Assembly: GCA_965652295.1 (NCBI GenBank)
Contig: CBFGTS010000014.1
Span: forward strand, 45,794-109,793
From: an uncultured Haloferula sp.
GTDB lineage: Bacteria > Verrucomicrobiota > Verrucomicrobiia > Verrucomicrobiales > Akkermansiaceae
Reading direction: 5' to 3'
DNA length: 64,000 bases
This document shows, piece after piece, positions 10,003-18,406 of this stretch. The notes under the pieces were generated by a model. That model saw only the letters and a program-made list of their open reading frames with translations, was not told the DNA's origin and ran no database searches. Numbering within the stretch: position 1 is the stretch's first letter; every line of letters begins with the position of its first letter. Position numbers and translations under genes: made by a program.

Positions 10003-10578
10003 ATGCCAGGAATCCCATTCCCAGCCTTCTGCACTAACCCAGCTTGCGGAACATTTTTCTTTGCTGACCGGGTAGTCGGCGTTCCAGACGGTTCGCAGGC
10101 AAGAATCAATGTGACTAATTTTGGCGTTGGTCCCTGCCCGAAGTGTGGCGATTTTGGGGCGGTTCCAGACGGAGTATATTCGCTCGTCGATGCGACCATC
10201 CGCGATCCGCACGAAGCGGAGCGGGTCCGTCGTTTCCTCGCGGTGATGGAGCGCCATATTCGATTCCCAACATCGCTACCGGAATTGATGAATGATCTTT
10301 CCGCTGAGGGGATCAAGCCGAGCGTTTGGCGACCTAAGAATGTAACCGAAGCAGTGGCTTTGATAGGTGCGGTCTTCATGCTACTTAGTTTTGCTTACGG
10401 CATTTACAAGGATCACCGGGCCGATCCTCCTCCTCAGCGAGCGAGCGGCGAGATGAAGGAGGTGATTGAGATGATTCTCGACAGGACCATCCCGCCCATA
10501 ACCCAACAAGCCCCATCACCCACATCATCGCCGACACCACAAGATCCTCCGACACAGCCAGCCCAGCCAAAAGAATGA
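10003..10578 (+). CDS. Integron cassette 1: hypothetical protein with N-terminal Zn-ribbon-like motif and one TM helix
   Basis: CTNPAC...CPKC, hydrophobic segment, Pro-rich tail; lower GC than flanks; stop codon 1 bp before attC. Confidence 0.75.
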   Translation: MPGIPFPAFCTNPACGTFFFADRVVGVPDGSQARINVTNFGVGPCPKCGDFGAVPDGVYSLVDATIRDPHEAERVRRFLAVMERHIRFPTSLPELMNDLSAEGIKPSVWRPKNVTEAVALIGAVFMLLSFAYGIYKDHRADPPPQRASGEMKEVIEMILDRTIPPITQQAPSPTSSPTPQDPPTQPAQPKE

Positions 10579-10579
10579 A

Positions 10580-10705
10580 CGCGAACAAGACGTGGGTGAG
10601 CAACGGCGCTGGCCGCTTCTTCTCGGAGTCGTTGGGACGTTTCACGCTTCCCTCCCTTCGTCGGCGTGCGGCTCCCGCGCCGTGCCACCACATTTAACGT
10701 TCGAC
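10580..10705 (+). other. attC site 1 (126 bp)
   Basis: R'' CGCGAAC, arm GTGGGTGAGCAACGGCGC pairing with GCGCCGTGCCACCAC with extrahelical bases, R' GTTCGAC. Confidence 0.85.
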
Positions 10706-10714
10706 CAAAACTAC

Positions 10715-11188
10715 ATGACTAAACGGAAAGAAATTTTACCCACCTGGATCAGGTTCTCCGCTTGGATATTTCTAATATTCGCGATCACCCCATTGGTCTT
10801 TCTGCTAGGGCTCACTGGAAAGATGAACGTGAGCATGACAGTTTTCGGCCTCGAGTATTCAGGATACACATCTCTTCACCCCGTTGCGATTTGGATTACG
10901 ATTATTCTTTCGATGGCAGCGACCGTATCTTACGGCATTTTATGGGGTAAGGATTGGGCGGTCGATTCGGCCATCGTCTATACCATCCTAGCTCTCGCGA
11001 CAAATTGCTTTGCGGTGGTATTTCGACTCACGGGAAACGAGATATATATCCCACTTGAGCCGCTGTTTCTGATTCCATTTTTAGTGTCGCTGATCCGTCG
11101 CCGAGACAGATGGAAGCGCTATCCAGAAATCGAAGCGAAAAAGTCAGATGGCGAACAAGATAAGATGAGAAGGCAGGGAGGGCCATGA
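10715..11188 (+). CDS. Integron cassette 2: hypothetical integral membrane protein (about 4 TM helices)
   Basis: ATG 9 bp after R' of attC1; AT-rich; four hydrophobic segments; frame runs through the R'' box and now stops inside the IS. Confidence 0.75.
   Translation: MTKRKEILPTWIRFSAWIFLIFAITPLVFLLGLTGKMNVSMTVFGLEYSGYTSLHPVAIWITIILSMAATVSYGILWGKDWAVDSAIVYTILALATNCFAVVFRLTGNEIYIPLEPLFLIPFLVSLIRRRDRWKRYPEIEAKKSDGEQDKMRRQGGP
11150..11160 (+). other. Interrupted attC site 2 (R'' box and spacer only)
   Basis: GGCGAACAAGA matches the attC1 start CGCGAACAAGA; 6/7 complementary to the GTTCGAC that opens this cassette; IS110 sequence follows. Confidence 0.65.
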
Positions 11189-12111
11189 GTGGCCCCATGG
11201 TGTATTCTACCCGTTGCCATGAGAACGAACTCATCTACGACAACCATAGGAATCGACCTCGGCGACAGGAAGCACTCGCTTTGCGTGCTCGCGGGTGATG
11301 GAAAATCCTGACGGAGACCACCATCGCCAACACGCGGGAAGCAATGTCTCGCTTCTCGAAGGAATGCCCTGGCGCTTTGGTCGTGATGGAAATGGGAATG
11401 CAAAGTCCTTGGATCAGCCGCTTTTTCACGGATCTTGGTCATCGTGTGCTGGTAGCCAATCCCCGCAAGGTCCGCGCGATCTACCAAAACGATCGGAAGT
11501 GCGATCGCAAGGATGCGGCGATGCTCGCCAAGCTGGCCCGGGCCGACGAAACCCTGCTGGCTCCGATCGAGCACGGTACCGAGCAAGCACAGCTCGACCT
11601 CCTTCAGGTCAAGCTACGGGACAATCTGGTGCGCCAGCGGGTCGATGTGATTTGATCTCGCCGCCCCACGGCTCGCCCCCTGCGGGGCACGTCGCTTCGC
11701 TCCTGTCCATCCCGCTCCGCGGTATTCCGCGGTGCGCTTCACCCTCAAGAGCCTGGGTATCCGCCTGGGCTCGCCGAATACGAACGGCTTCGCCCGCCAC
11801 GCACGGCGCGAGCTTACGGAAGGAAACGCCGGGATTCTCGGCGTTGATTGAGCCGTCGCTGATGGTCATTGAGGCCATGACGGCTCAGATCAAGAAGCTC
11901 GACGGCGCGATCGCCGAACTCGCCGCAGAGTCTTACCCCGAGACGGGTTTCTTACCCAGATCGCTGGCATCGGCCCGATTACCTCGCTGACATTCATCCT
12001 GACCATCGGTGACCCGGAGCGCTTTCGACGACCGCGAGACATTGGAGCTTATCTCGGACTGGTGCCCAAGTGCCCAAGCGCGACCAGTCCGGCGACACCG
12101 ACAAGCAGATG
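11161..12111 (+). mobile_element. IS110-family element (DEDD recombinase pseudogene from ATG 11219), 3' truncated
   Basis: Motifs IGIDLGDRKH, VMEMG, VANPRKVRAI, KCDRKDA, GIGPITS, GAYLGLVPK, QSGD; several frameshifts, a 73-bp insertion and an 8-bp duplication. Confidence 0.9.
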
Positions 12112-12363
12112 AGCGAGCAGTCGCCCTTGGTGACCGAGCGCAGTAGAGCCAGGAGGAAGCCGGCGGCGCTGAATTTGTGGGAATACCTGAGGATGAGGCC
12201 TGATTTTCTTGCGATGGCGTCGAGATCTGAGAGGCTCAGGGAGAAGTTGGCACCGAACATGCCGATTTTGCCGGAGCCCCCTGCAGGGCAAGCTTTTTCT
12301 CAACCATTCCACCATTCACAATGCTGACTATCAGTGACTTGCGTCGCTAGGTTTACGCAAATG
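12112..12363 (-). mobile_element. IS4-like element left end with transposase N-terminal fragment
   Basis: Minus-strand end CATTTGCGTAAAC; peptide LDAIARKSGLILRYSHKFSAAGFLLALL resembles IS4-family N-termini; abrupt junction with IS110. Confidence 0.55.
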
Positions 12364-12464
12364 ACCCCTGACCCGCTTCGAGTTGGAGTACTCATGGCGC
12401 TCCCTCCTTTCCACCACTGCGATCACCGCACCCGATCAGGGGTGGCTGCGCTCTGACATTAGTG
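12364..12464 (+). other. Partial, degenerate attC (right part)
   Basis: ACCCCTGA pairs with TCAGGGGT; starts like attC3 (CCTGACCCGCT.CGAGT.GGA); ends TGACATTAG where attC3 has TGACGTTAG; 7 bp before the FRG ATG. Confidence 0.7.
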
Positions 12465-12471
12465 CAAGCAA

Positions 12472-13185
12472 ATGGACGCGATTACTTCAGTTTCTCAACT
12501 ACTCGGATTTGCCTCTGGCAGCTACTTCGCAGAGTCACGCGGACGCTGGGTATTTCGTGGCCATTCAGACCGTCACTATACCCTGGTCCCCTCAGTAGGG
12601 AGAGGCTCCCACTGTTCACGAACACGAGTGGAACACGAGCGCAGCCTATTCGATATTTTCTGTAGAGAAGCACGCGGATACATCGGTGGATTTCCCGAGA
12701 ATCCTTGGGAACAGCTTTCAGTCGCCCAGCACCATGGGCTGCCGACACGGCTGCTTGATTGGACACACAATCCTTTGGCTGCGCTCTACTTTGCGATTGA
12801 GTCCAACTCGGATAGGGATGGCGAGTTCTTCGCGCTCCATGCGCCCCGGAATGCCTCGCTGACCAAGAGTGAGAGGGACCCATTCGAGATTCGTCAATCT
12901 GTGAAGTATTATCCGAATCTTGTCTCTCCTCGAATCAAGGCTCAGGAAGGCCTATTCGTGGTTTGCTCACAGCCCGAATCTCCATTGGACGGAGTCCTTC
13001 GTTCCGACTGGAGGCTTGAGCGCTACATTGTTCCGGCCGAAGCGAAAGAGCGCCTTCGGTATGATCTGTTTCGGGTCGGTATTCACGCTTCATCGCTGTT
13101 CCCCGATGTTGATGGTTTAGCTTCGCGTCTGAAGTGGCAGCATACAGTAACAAGCCCTAGCAAGTCGCAGCACCCAACCGCCTGA
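12472..13185 (+). CDS. Integron cassette 3: FRG-domain protein
   Basis: WVFRGH, AQHHGLPTRLLDWT.NPL.ALYFA, RIKAQEGLF, SLFPDVDG motifs. Confidence 0.92.
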   Translation: MDAITSVSQLLGFASGSYFAESRGRWVFRGHSDRHYTLVPSVGRGSHCSRTRVEHERSLFDIFCREARGYIGGFPENPWEQLSVAQHHGLPTRLLDWTHNPLAALYFAIESNSDRDGEFFALHAPRNASLTKSERDPFEIRQSVKYYPNLVSPRIKAQEGLFVVCSQPESPLDGVLRSDWRLERYIVPAEAKERLRYDLFRVGIHASSLFPDVDGLASRLKWQHTVTSPSKSQHPTA

Positions 13186-13280
13186 CCCGCTCCGAGTCGG
13201 ATTTTCACCGTGATTTCAAACCTCACCCCACAGTCAACGCGCGGCTGCCGTCAGGCGGTTGGTGTGCTATGACGTTAGCG
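13155..13280 (+). other. attC site 3 (126 bp, degenerate R'')
   Basis: CCCTAGC-AAGTC-GCAGCACCCAACCGCCTGAC pairs with GTCAGGCGGTTGGTGTGC, then R' GTTAGCG. Confidence 0.8.
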
Positions 13281-13289
13281 GAAGAATTT

Positions 13290-13360
13290 ATGCACTCAGC
13301 GCCGCCATCGCCGAACGATCCGGAGGACACAGAAGATGCCTTTCTATCCATGACCGGCAT
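13290..13360 (+). pseudogene. 5' stub of a fourth cassette gene, truncated by the IS30 fragment
   Basis: ATG 9 bp after R' of attC3 (MHSAPPSPNDPEDTEDAFLSMTG), then a switch to IS30 sequence. Confidence 0.45.
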
Positions 13361-13586
13361 GCCCCGCTCCCAGGAGTGATGCGGAGTGGCGAAGTAGAAC
13401 GGCACGTCGGTGATCTCCTCGACGGTCAGGTAGTCGTGGAACTCGCTGCCGTTGTCCGCGGTGATCGTCTTGTAGCTGCCGAGATGGCGAGCCATCAGCT
13501 TCAGGATGGAGCGGGTGGTCTCCGCCATCGTCACCGCGCGGATCTTGCCCATCTCCAAATAACCGCTCCGGCGTTCCACGAGGGTC
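13361..13586 (-). mobile_element. IS30-family transposase internal fragment
   Basis: TLVERRSGY, TITADNGSEF, FYFATPHHSWERG motifs; no termini visible. Confidence 0.88.
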
Positions 13587-14036
13587 GGGAAGACGTCGTT
13601 TATCGTTGTCGCCCAGAAACCCTGCGAGAATATCCACCACTTCCAGAGTGTGAAAATAGCCCAACACAGTAAAGACCTTTTGTCGCTCTGTTAAGTAATG
13701 GTTATAGGCAGGTCCGTTTTCAAGTCCTTCTTCTTTGAGCCTTGAAACATAATCCCGGAAGAAGCCCGGGAATTCAGGTCGTTCGGCAAGGGCTGTCTCA
13801 AGCGCGGGGACTACTTGGGTCTCCATGGCTTTGGAAAACGTCGGGAGTCGGTATTTCCTGTAAAGCATGGCAAGTTCAGGCATGGCTTCCTCGGCCGGCA
13901 TTTGGCGGAGTTCATGAATACGCTCCAAAACCGAGGTCTCCCATGCTTGCAACTCTGCCGGGTTGTCAGGAAGACGGGCTGATATTTTTGTCGAAATCGT
14001 GACGATTCCGACCAGCAAAACTATGAAACATTTCAT
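13587..14036 (-). pseudogene. 3'-truncated paralog of the 14067-14876 exported protein
   Basis: Signal peptide; shares GLE.GPAYNHYLTER and AGFL.DND.RRLP with the upstream gene; cut by IS30 after RRLP. Confidence 0.8.
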
Positions 14037-14066
14037 GGATTACAGCGGCACCTCCGCCACCGCCCC

Positions 14067-14876
14067 TCATGAAGCCAGCCGGGCCTTCCATCTCCAGAAA
14101 GCGAATCCCAGCACTAGCGCCAGCAACGCTCCCACCACTGGAATCCACGGAGTTTCCTCCGGCGCATTCCCTTGATCGACAACGGGTTGTTCGGGCCGCT
14201 CGTCCACCGACCGACGTGGTTCCCTCGGTGTCGCCAACACTTCTCCTCGGAAATCGTAGCGCTTCTTCGAGCCTTTGAAAGAATACGCCTGCTTGCCTTC
14301 GCGCACTCGATCCCGCCATTCGAGCCAGAGATCCATGCGCATCGAGCTCGGCACTGGAGGATTTTCCAACATGCCCGCCAGCGCGCTGGCAGAAGCTTGA
14401 CCCAATGTTCCCTCAAACTCAGGCAGACGCCGTTCGTCGTTGTCATCCAGAAAGCCTGCGAACATCTCAACCACTTCGGGAGTATGGATTTGGGAGAGTG
14501 CCGAGAAGGCCATCCTCCTTTCGGTGAGGTAGTGGTTGTAGGCTGGCCCGCTCTCAAGGCCTTGCTCCTTTAAGTCGAGAATATAAGATTCAACGTGACT
14601 GGGGAAATCCGGGTGCTCCTTCAAGGCTTCCTCCGCCGCTGTTTTTACAATAGGTTGGCTTTTCTCGCGATTTGTTGGGAGATTCATCTGAAAGACGTAA
14701 CGCATCAACTTGTGAAGCGTCTCCTTAGTTGGAGACCTTCGTTGACGCTCGATCGATTCCAAGATGCCCTTCTCCCAATTCGCGTATTCTTCCGGGTCAG
14801 ACGGCAGGTGTCCGAATGCGTGGGAAGCAAGGAAGATGATCCAACATACCATCCATTGCACATGACTTGTTTTCAT
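14067..14876 (-). CDS. Exported helical protein with C-terminal TM anchor
   Basis: Signal peptide, C-terminal 'WIPVVGALLALVLGFAFWRWK'; ATGA overlap with the stop of the upstream 981-aa gene. Confidence 0.75.
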   Translation of the reverse strand: MKTSHVQWMVCWIIFLASHAFGHLPSDPEEYANWEKGILESIERQRRSPTKETLHKLMRYVFQMNLPTNREKSQPIVKTAAEEALKEHPDFPSHVESYILDLKEQGLESGPAYNHYLTERRMAFSALSQIHTPEVVEMFAGFLDDNDERRLPEFEGTLGQASASALAGMLENPPVPSSMRMDLWLEWRDRVREGKQAYSFKGSKKRYDFRGEVLATPREPRRSVDERPEQPVVDQGNAPEETPWIPVVGALLALVLGFAFWRWKARLAS

Positions 14877-17818
14877 TCCACTGGCGGCTTCAGATTTACT
14901 TCCAACCATGCATCAATCTTATCCCATTCCCCCTTCACCAACAGCCGCTTTCTCAATAGACCGGTGTGAAACGGATTCGAATACATCAATCGATCGGGGT
15001 GATGGGTACCTGCCAAGGGTGCAGGTCCTTCGCCATTATTCGGGTGTCCTCCCCCCATCATGACGTGCCCGATTTCGTGCGCCAACGTGTTGAGAATACC
15101 GCTTTTGCTCCTCCCCGTATTGCCGGGGAGCCAGACGGTTTGCGAAGCCGGATGAGCAAGACCCACATACCCTCCGAAACCATGGAACTCGCTGTTGAAA
15201 TCCCGCCAGACGGTGATTTGTTCCGCGCCACCCACGAAATAAACGTTGATGTCCGCAGTGGCGTCCACTCCCGCAGAGGTAAGGATCTTGCTTTGTTCGG
15301 CTCCAATGTCGCTACCATTCGAATCCAATGAACTATTCCCTGAGGCAGGTCCTGATCCGGGCTCTTGTAGAAAATCCTCTCCCGTTCCGTAGTCCCAATA
15401 CACCGGGGTCGGCTGGACATCACCGGAGGTTTCGACGTCCCAATAGGCGTTGACCTGTTTGCCGTAGATGTCGTCGAGGAATTCCTCGATTTCGGCTTTG
15501 GTGAAGGCGTGTTCAGGATTCACCCGGCCGTCCACGCCGTTGTTCTGCGCGACGTGCCAGAAGTGGAGTTTCACCTCACGCCGCTTCATGACCTTCACTC
15601 CGATCGGATGGGAAACGCTGTCGGCATCTTCGAAACCGAGATCCACATCCACCTCGGACGAGGACGTCGCAGCCGAGGACCAACTTACGGGAGTAGTCCC
15701 GAGATCAAGGGTAGCAGGAGTAATGGCGACGTTCCCGGCGCTCAAGGTCAGGGCCCGGTCGGGCGTCACGGGAGCGTGGACGACCGAGGCATTCGCCTCC
15801 GAACCTCCTCCGGGAACCATCACCCAGATTTTGCCCCCTTGTCGTTCGTCCTCCTTCAATGCGGTCGCCGAGACAGGATCGACTCCGGTGGCAAATTCGT
15901 CGTCCTCCACCCGAACGGGAACGGCGCTGAGCAATCGGGTGAAATCCGCCGGAGCCTCGTGGGAGGAGAGACCCGCGACAAGGGAACCCGAACCGGCCAT
16001 TCCCAAAAGGCGGGCCTGCTTCCATTCCCCGTCCAATCCGGGAGCGATCTCGGGGAGGTAATACAGCCGCCCATTCCGCCAGACCAATCCCTCGCGCATG
16101 ACGCCGGTTCCGTCCTTGGACAGATCGATGAGATCTTTCATTTTCGAGATCGGAGACCAATCCGACGAAGACTTCCTGGCTCTCGGAGTCACCTTTTCAC
16201 CGAGGAGCACCAAGCCTCCATTACCGTTTTCTCCACCCACTTCAACCATCTTCCGAAATTCATTCTTACCCAGCGAGATCGCCGCGCCTCCCGCTCCGGT
16301 AAGGAAGCCTTCCTCGTTCTGCCAGTCGTACCCCCAGAGAGCCCCGGACTCGTGGGCAAACACCGCATACGGCGGGGCCGGGGTATAGACAGGTTCGGAC
16401 CCTTCCGGTTCAAGATCCCAAACCACCCGCTGGTCCTGCTGCCAGCTCACTCCGGAACCCGAGCCACTGGAGACCCCCTTGTAGTTTTGAACCACGATTT
16501 TCCCGTCGTTCGAAAGGGTCGAACCAAACCTCAAAAAACCGTGTGCCATGTCATACGGTGCACGGGCCGCATCGTTGCCTGATCTCATTTCGGAGGCACC
16601 GTCGCCGGGTTTCTTCCACCAAACGAGGCGTCTGCTCTCCCGGCTTTCATTGAGATCATCGTCGAAGGTCTGACTCCCCACGACCCAGCCCTGATCATTC
16701 ATGGCGTAGAGCAGGGCATCTTCGCCATAGTCCACGATCTCGCCGCGATCCCAAACCTTGCGGCTGAACATCACCCTGCCCACATCGTCCACCCCCGCCG
16801 GGCCCTCCGGCCATAAGCCTGGTGTGGTGAGAGAGGAGATCGGCAACTCAAACACCGCATACACCGAGTGGGGAGTCTTTTTCCAATTGATGAGCGAGTC
16901 GTTTGCAACCGCGTCTTCACTATCCGGCACCGAGTCTCCATCCGAGTCGAGCTGCTGTCCATCCGGTACACCATCGCCGTCGTTGTCACTTTGAAAGGGA
17001 GAGGCCAAACCCGAGTCCGGGTGCTCGGGATCCAACATCACGGCAAATTCGGCCCAATCGGGACTGCCATCGGAATCGGAGTCGAGACTCCAATCCGCCG
17101 AAATCCGCACGAACCCCCTGCCATCCGGCGAGGCGGGAGCCGGGGGAGGTGCCGCACGAGCAACGGCCACGGAATTGGCGACGGCCGCGTTCATTTCGGG
17201 CAGGCGGGCCCGGAACTCATTCACCATCGCGGCATCCTCTTCGGCAAGCGGAGACTCTTCCTGCGGAGGGATCTGCGGCGTGGGAAGATGGAGGACGAAA
17301 AAGTAGTAGTCGCCGTAGGGGTGGGCGAACCATGGCATCTCCGACCAGTCCTGATGCAGGGATTCAGGAATCCGGAACACCACCGATCCACCTGAATCGA
17401 GCGAACGCCAGGAAAGGATGGTGCCCGTTTCCGGAGAGGCCGCCGGGGCGACCATCAGGCTGACGTGGTGCAAGGGCATCTCCACCGCTTCACCCCCGGG
17501 CGCTTCCGGGTCCGGTGCCGGGGCCGGCTCCCTTTCCACCAATGGCACGACGTGTTCGTGCCCCAGGCCGTAGACTTCGTCGATCTCCTCCCAATCCTGC
17601 AGATCCCGGCTGAACTCGACCCGATAACCCACACCAGCCGTCGATCGAAATACCCAGGAAGTCTGCACCGATCCATCAAGCGCGGGCACATCCTCCATCC
17701 AACGGGGCGGCAGCGGGTCATCTTCGTGGGGCGCTACCGAAGAGAAGGCCAGCGACACCATGCTTGTAGCCAAGAACACCTTGGAAAAGGTCATCCAGCA
17801 CTCAGTCATGAGTGCCAT
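14873..17818 (-). CDS. Large exported multidomain protein with acidic DxDxDG repeats and C-terminal HExxH zinc-metallopeptidase-like domain
   Basis: 981 aa; DSDSDG/DNDGDG/DSDGDS repeats; TLAHEIGHVMMGGGH followed by RLM (Met-turn-like). Confidence 0.75.
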   Translation of the reverse strand: MALMTECWMTFSKVFLATSMVSLAFSSVAPHEDDPLPPRWMEDVPALDGSVQTSWVFRSTAGVGYRVEFSRDLQDWEEIDEVYGLGHEHVVPLVEREPAPAPDPEAPGGEAVEMPLHHVSLMVAPAASPETGTILSWRSLDSGGSVVFRIPESLHQDWSEMPWFAHPYGDYYFFVLHLPTPQIPPQEESPLAEEDAAMVNEFRARLPEMNAAVANSVAVARAAPPPAPASPDGRGFVRISADWSLDSDSDGSPDWAEFAVMLDPEHPDSGLASPFQSDNDGDGVPDGQQLDSDGDSVPDSEDAVANDSLINWKKTPHSVYAVFELPISSLTTPGLWPEGPAGVDDVGRVMFSRKVWDRGEIVDYGEDALLYAMNDQGWVVGSQTFDDDLNESRESRRLVWWKKPGDGASEMRSGNDAARAPYDMAHGFLRFGSTLSNDGKIVVQNYKGVSSGSGSGVSWQQDQRVVWDLEPEGSEPVYTPAPPYAVFAHESGALWGYDWQNEEGFLTGAGGAAISLGKNEFRKMVEVGGENGNGGLVLLGEKVTPRARKSSSDWSPISKMKDLIDLSKDGTGVMREGLVWRNGRLYYLPEIAPGLDGEWKQARLLGMAGSGSLVAGLSSHEAPADFTRLLSAVPVRVEDDEFATGVDPVSATALKEDERQGGKIWVMVPGGGSEANASVVHAPVTPDRALTLSAGNVAITPATLDLGTTPVSWSSAATSSSEVDVDLGFEDADSVSHPIGVKVMKRREVKLHFWHVAQNNGVDGRVNPEHAFTKAEIEEFLDDIYGKQVNAYWDVETSGDVQPTPVYWDYGTGEDFLQEPGSGPASGNSSLDSNGSDIGAEQSKILTSAGVDATADINVYFVGGAEQITVWRDFNSEFHGFGGYVGLAHPASQTVWLPGNTGRSKSGILNTLAHEIGHVMMGGGHPNNGEGPAPLAGTHHPDRLMYSNPFHTGLLRKRLLVKGEWDKIDAWLEVNLKPPVE

Positions 17819-17980
17819 TCAGTGCTCCGCCACACATAAGGCAAGTCAAAATGACTACGCTATGCGCTGCGAGGGTTTCAAGCTACTGAAATACCAGCCC
17901 GGAAAGGCCGTCCACTCACATCTCCCGGTTCACGTCCGAAAGATCCGGACAATCTATTTATCCATCAGGTAAAAGCAATT

Positions 17981-18172
17981 TTGCGAGAAGAACGGCTCAA
18001 ACGGGGCATCAGTTTCAGAAAATTGGAGAGCCTTTGTGGAATCTCGCACGGGTATCTTGCGCTTGCCGGGCGTTCCGATGTGCAGCCAACGCTTCTTGTG
18101 ATCCGGCAATGGACCAATGGCCTTGGCATCAGTTTGGAAGACGTCATCCAACGGGCACACCAAAATTCTTGA
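17981..18172 (+). CDS. XRE-family helix-turn-helix protein (start uncertain)
   Basis: LREERLKRGISFRKLESLCGISHGYL...PTL...LGISL pattern; divergent from the 981-aa gene. Confidence 0.6.
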   Translation: MREERLKRGISFRKLESLCGISHGYLALAGRSDVQPTLLVIRQWTNGLGISLEDVIQRAHQNS

Positions 18173-18406
18173 GATAATCAGTTTCCGCTCCGAGGGCAGT
18201 GCCTGAGCAGCTCTCAGCAAGACCATCGGGGAAAGTCCGCCATGGCGACGTTCGTTCGCTCTCCCCTCCGCCTCATCCGAAACGCCGGAATCCACAACGA
18301 TGCCGTCCGCGGCCAGCGCCCGAGGAATGGGTCAATGGACAGCCGGAGGACATGCGCGCGGTTGGTACCGCTCTGGTGACAGAGCAGGCGGATCCTGCCG
18401 GACTCG

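Noticed and set aside
11219..12111. Programmed frameshifting producing an active IS110 protein
   Set aside because: Multiple independent lesions (frameshifts, 73-bp insert, 8-bp duplication, 3' truncation) indicate a pseudogene
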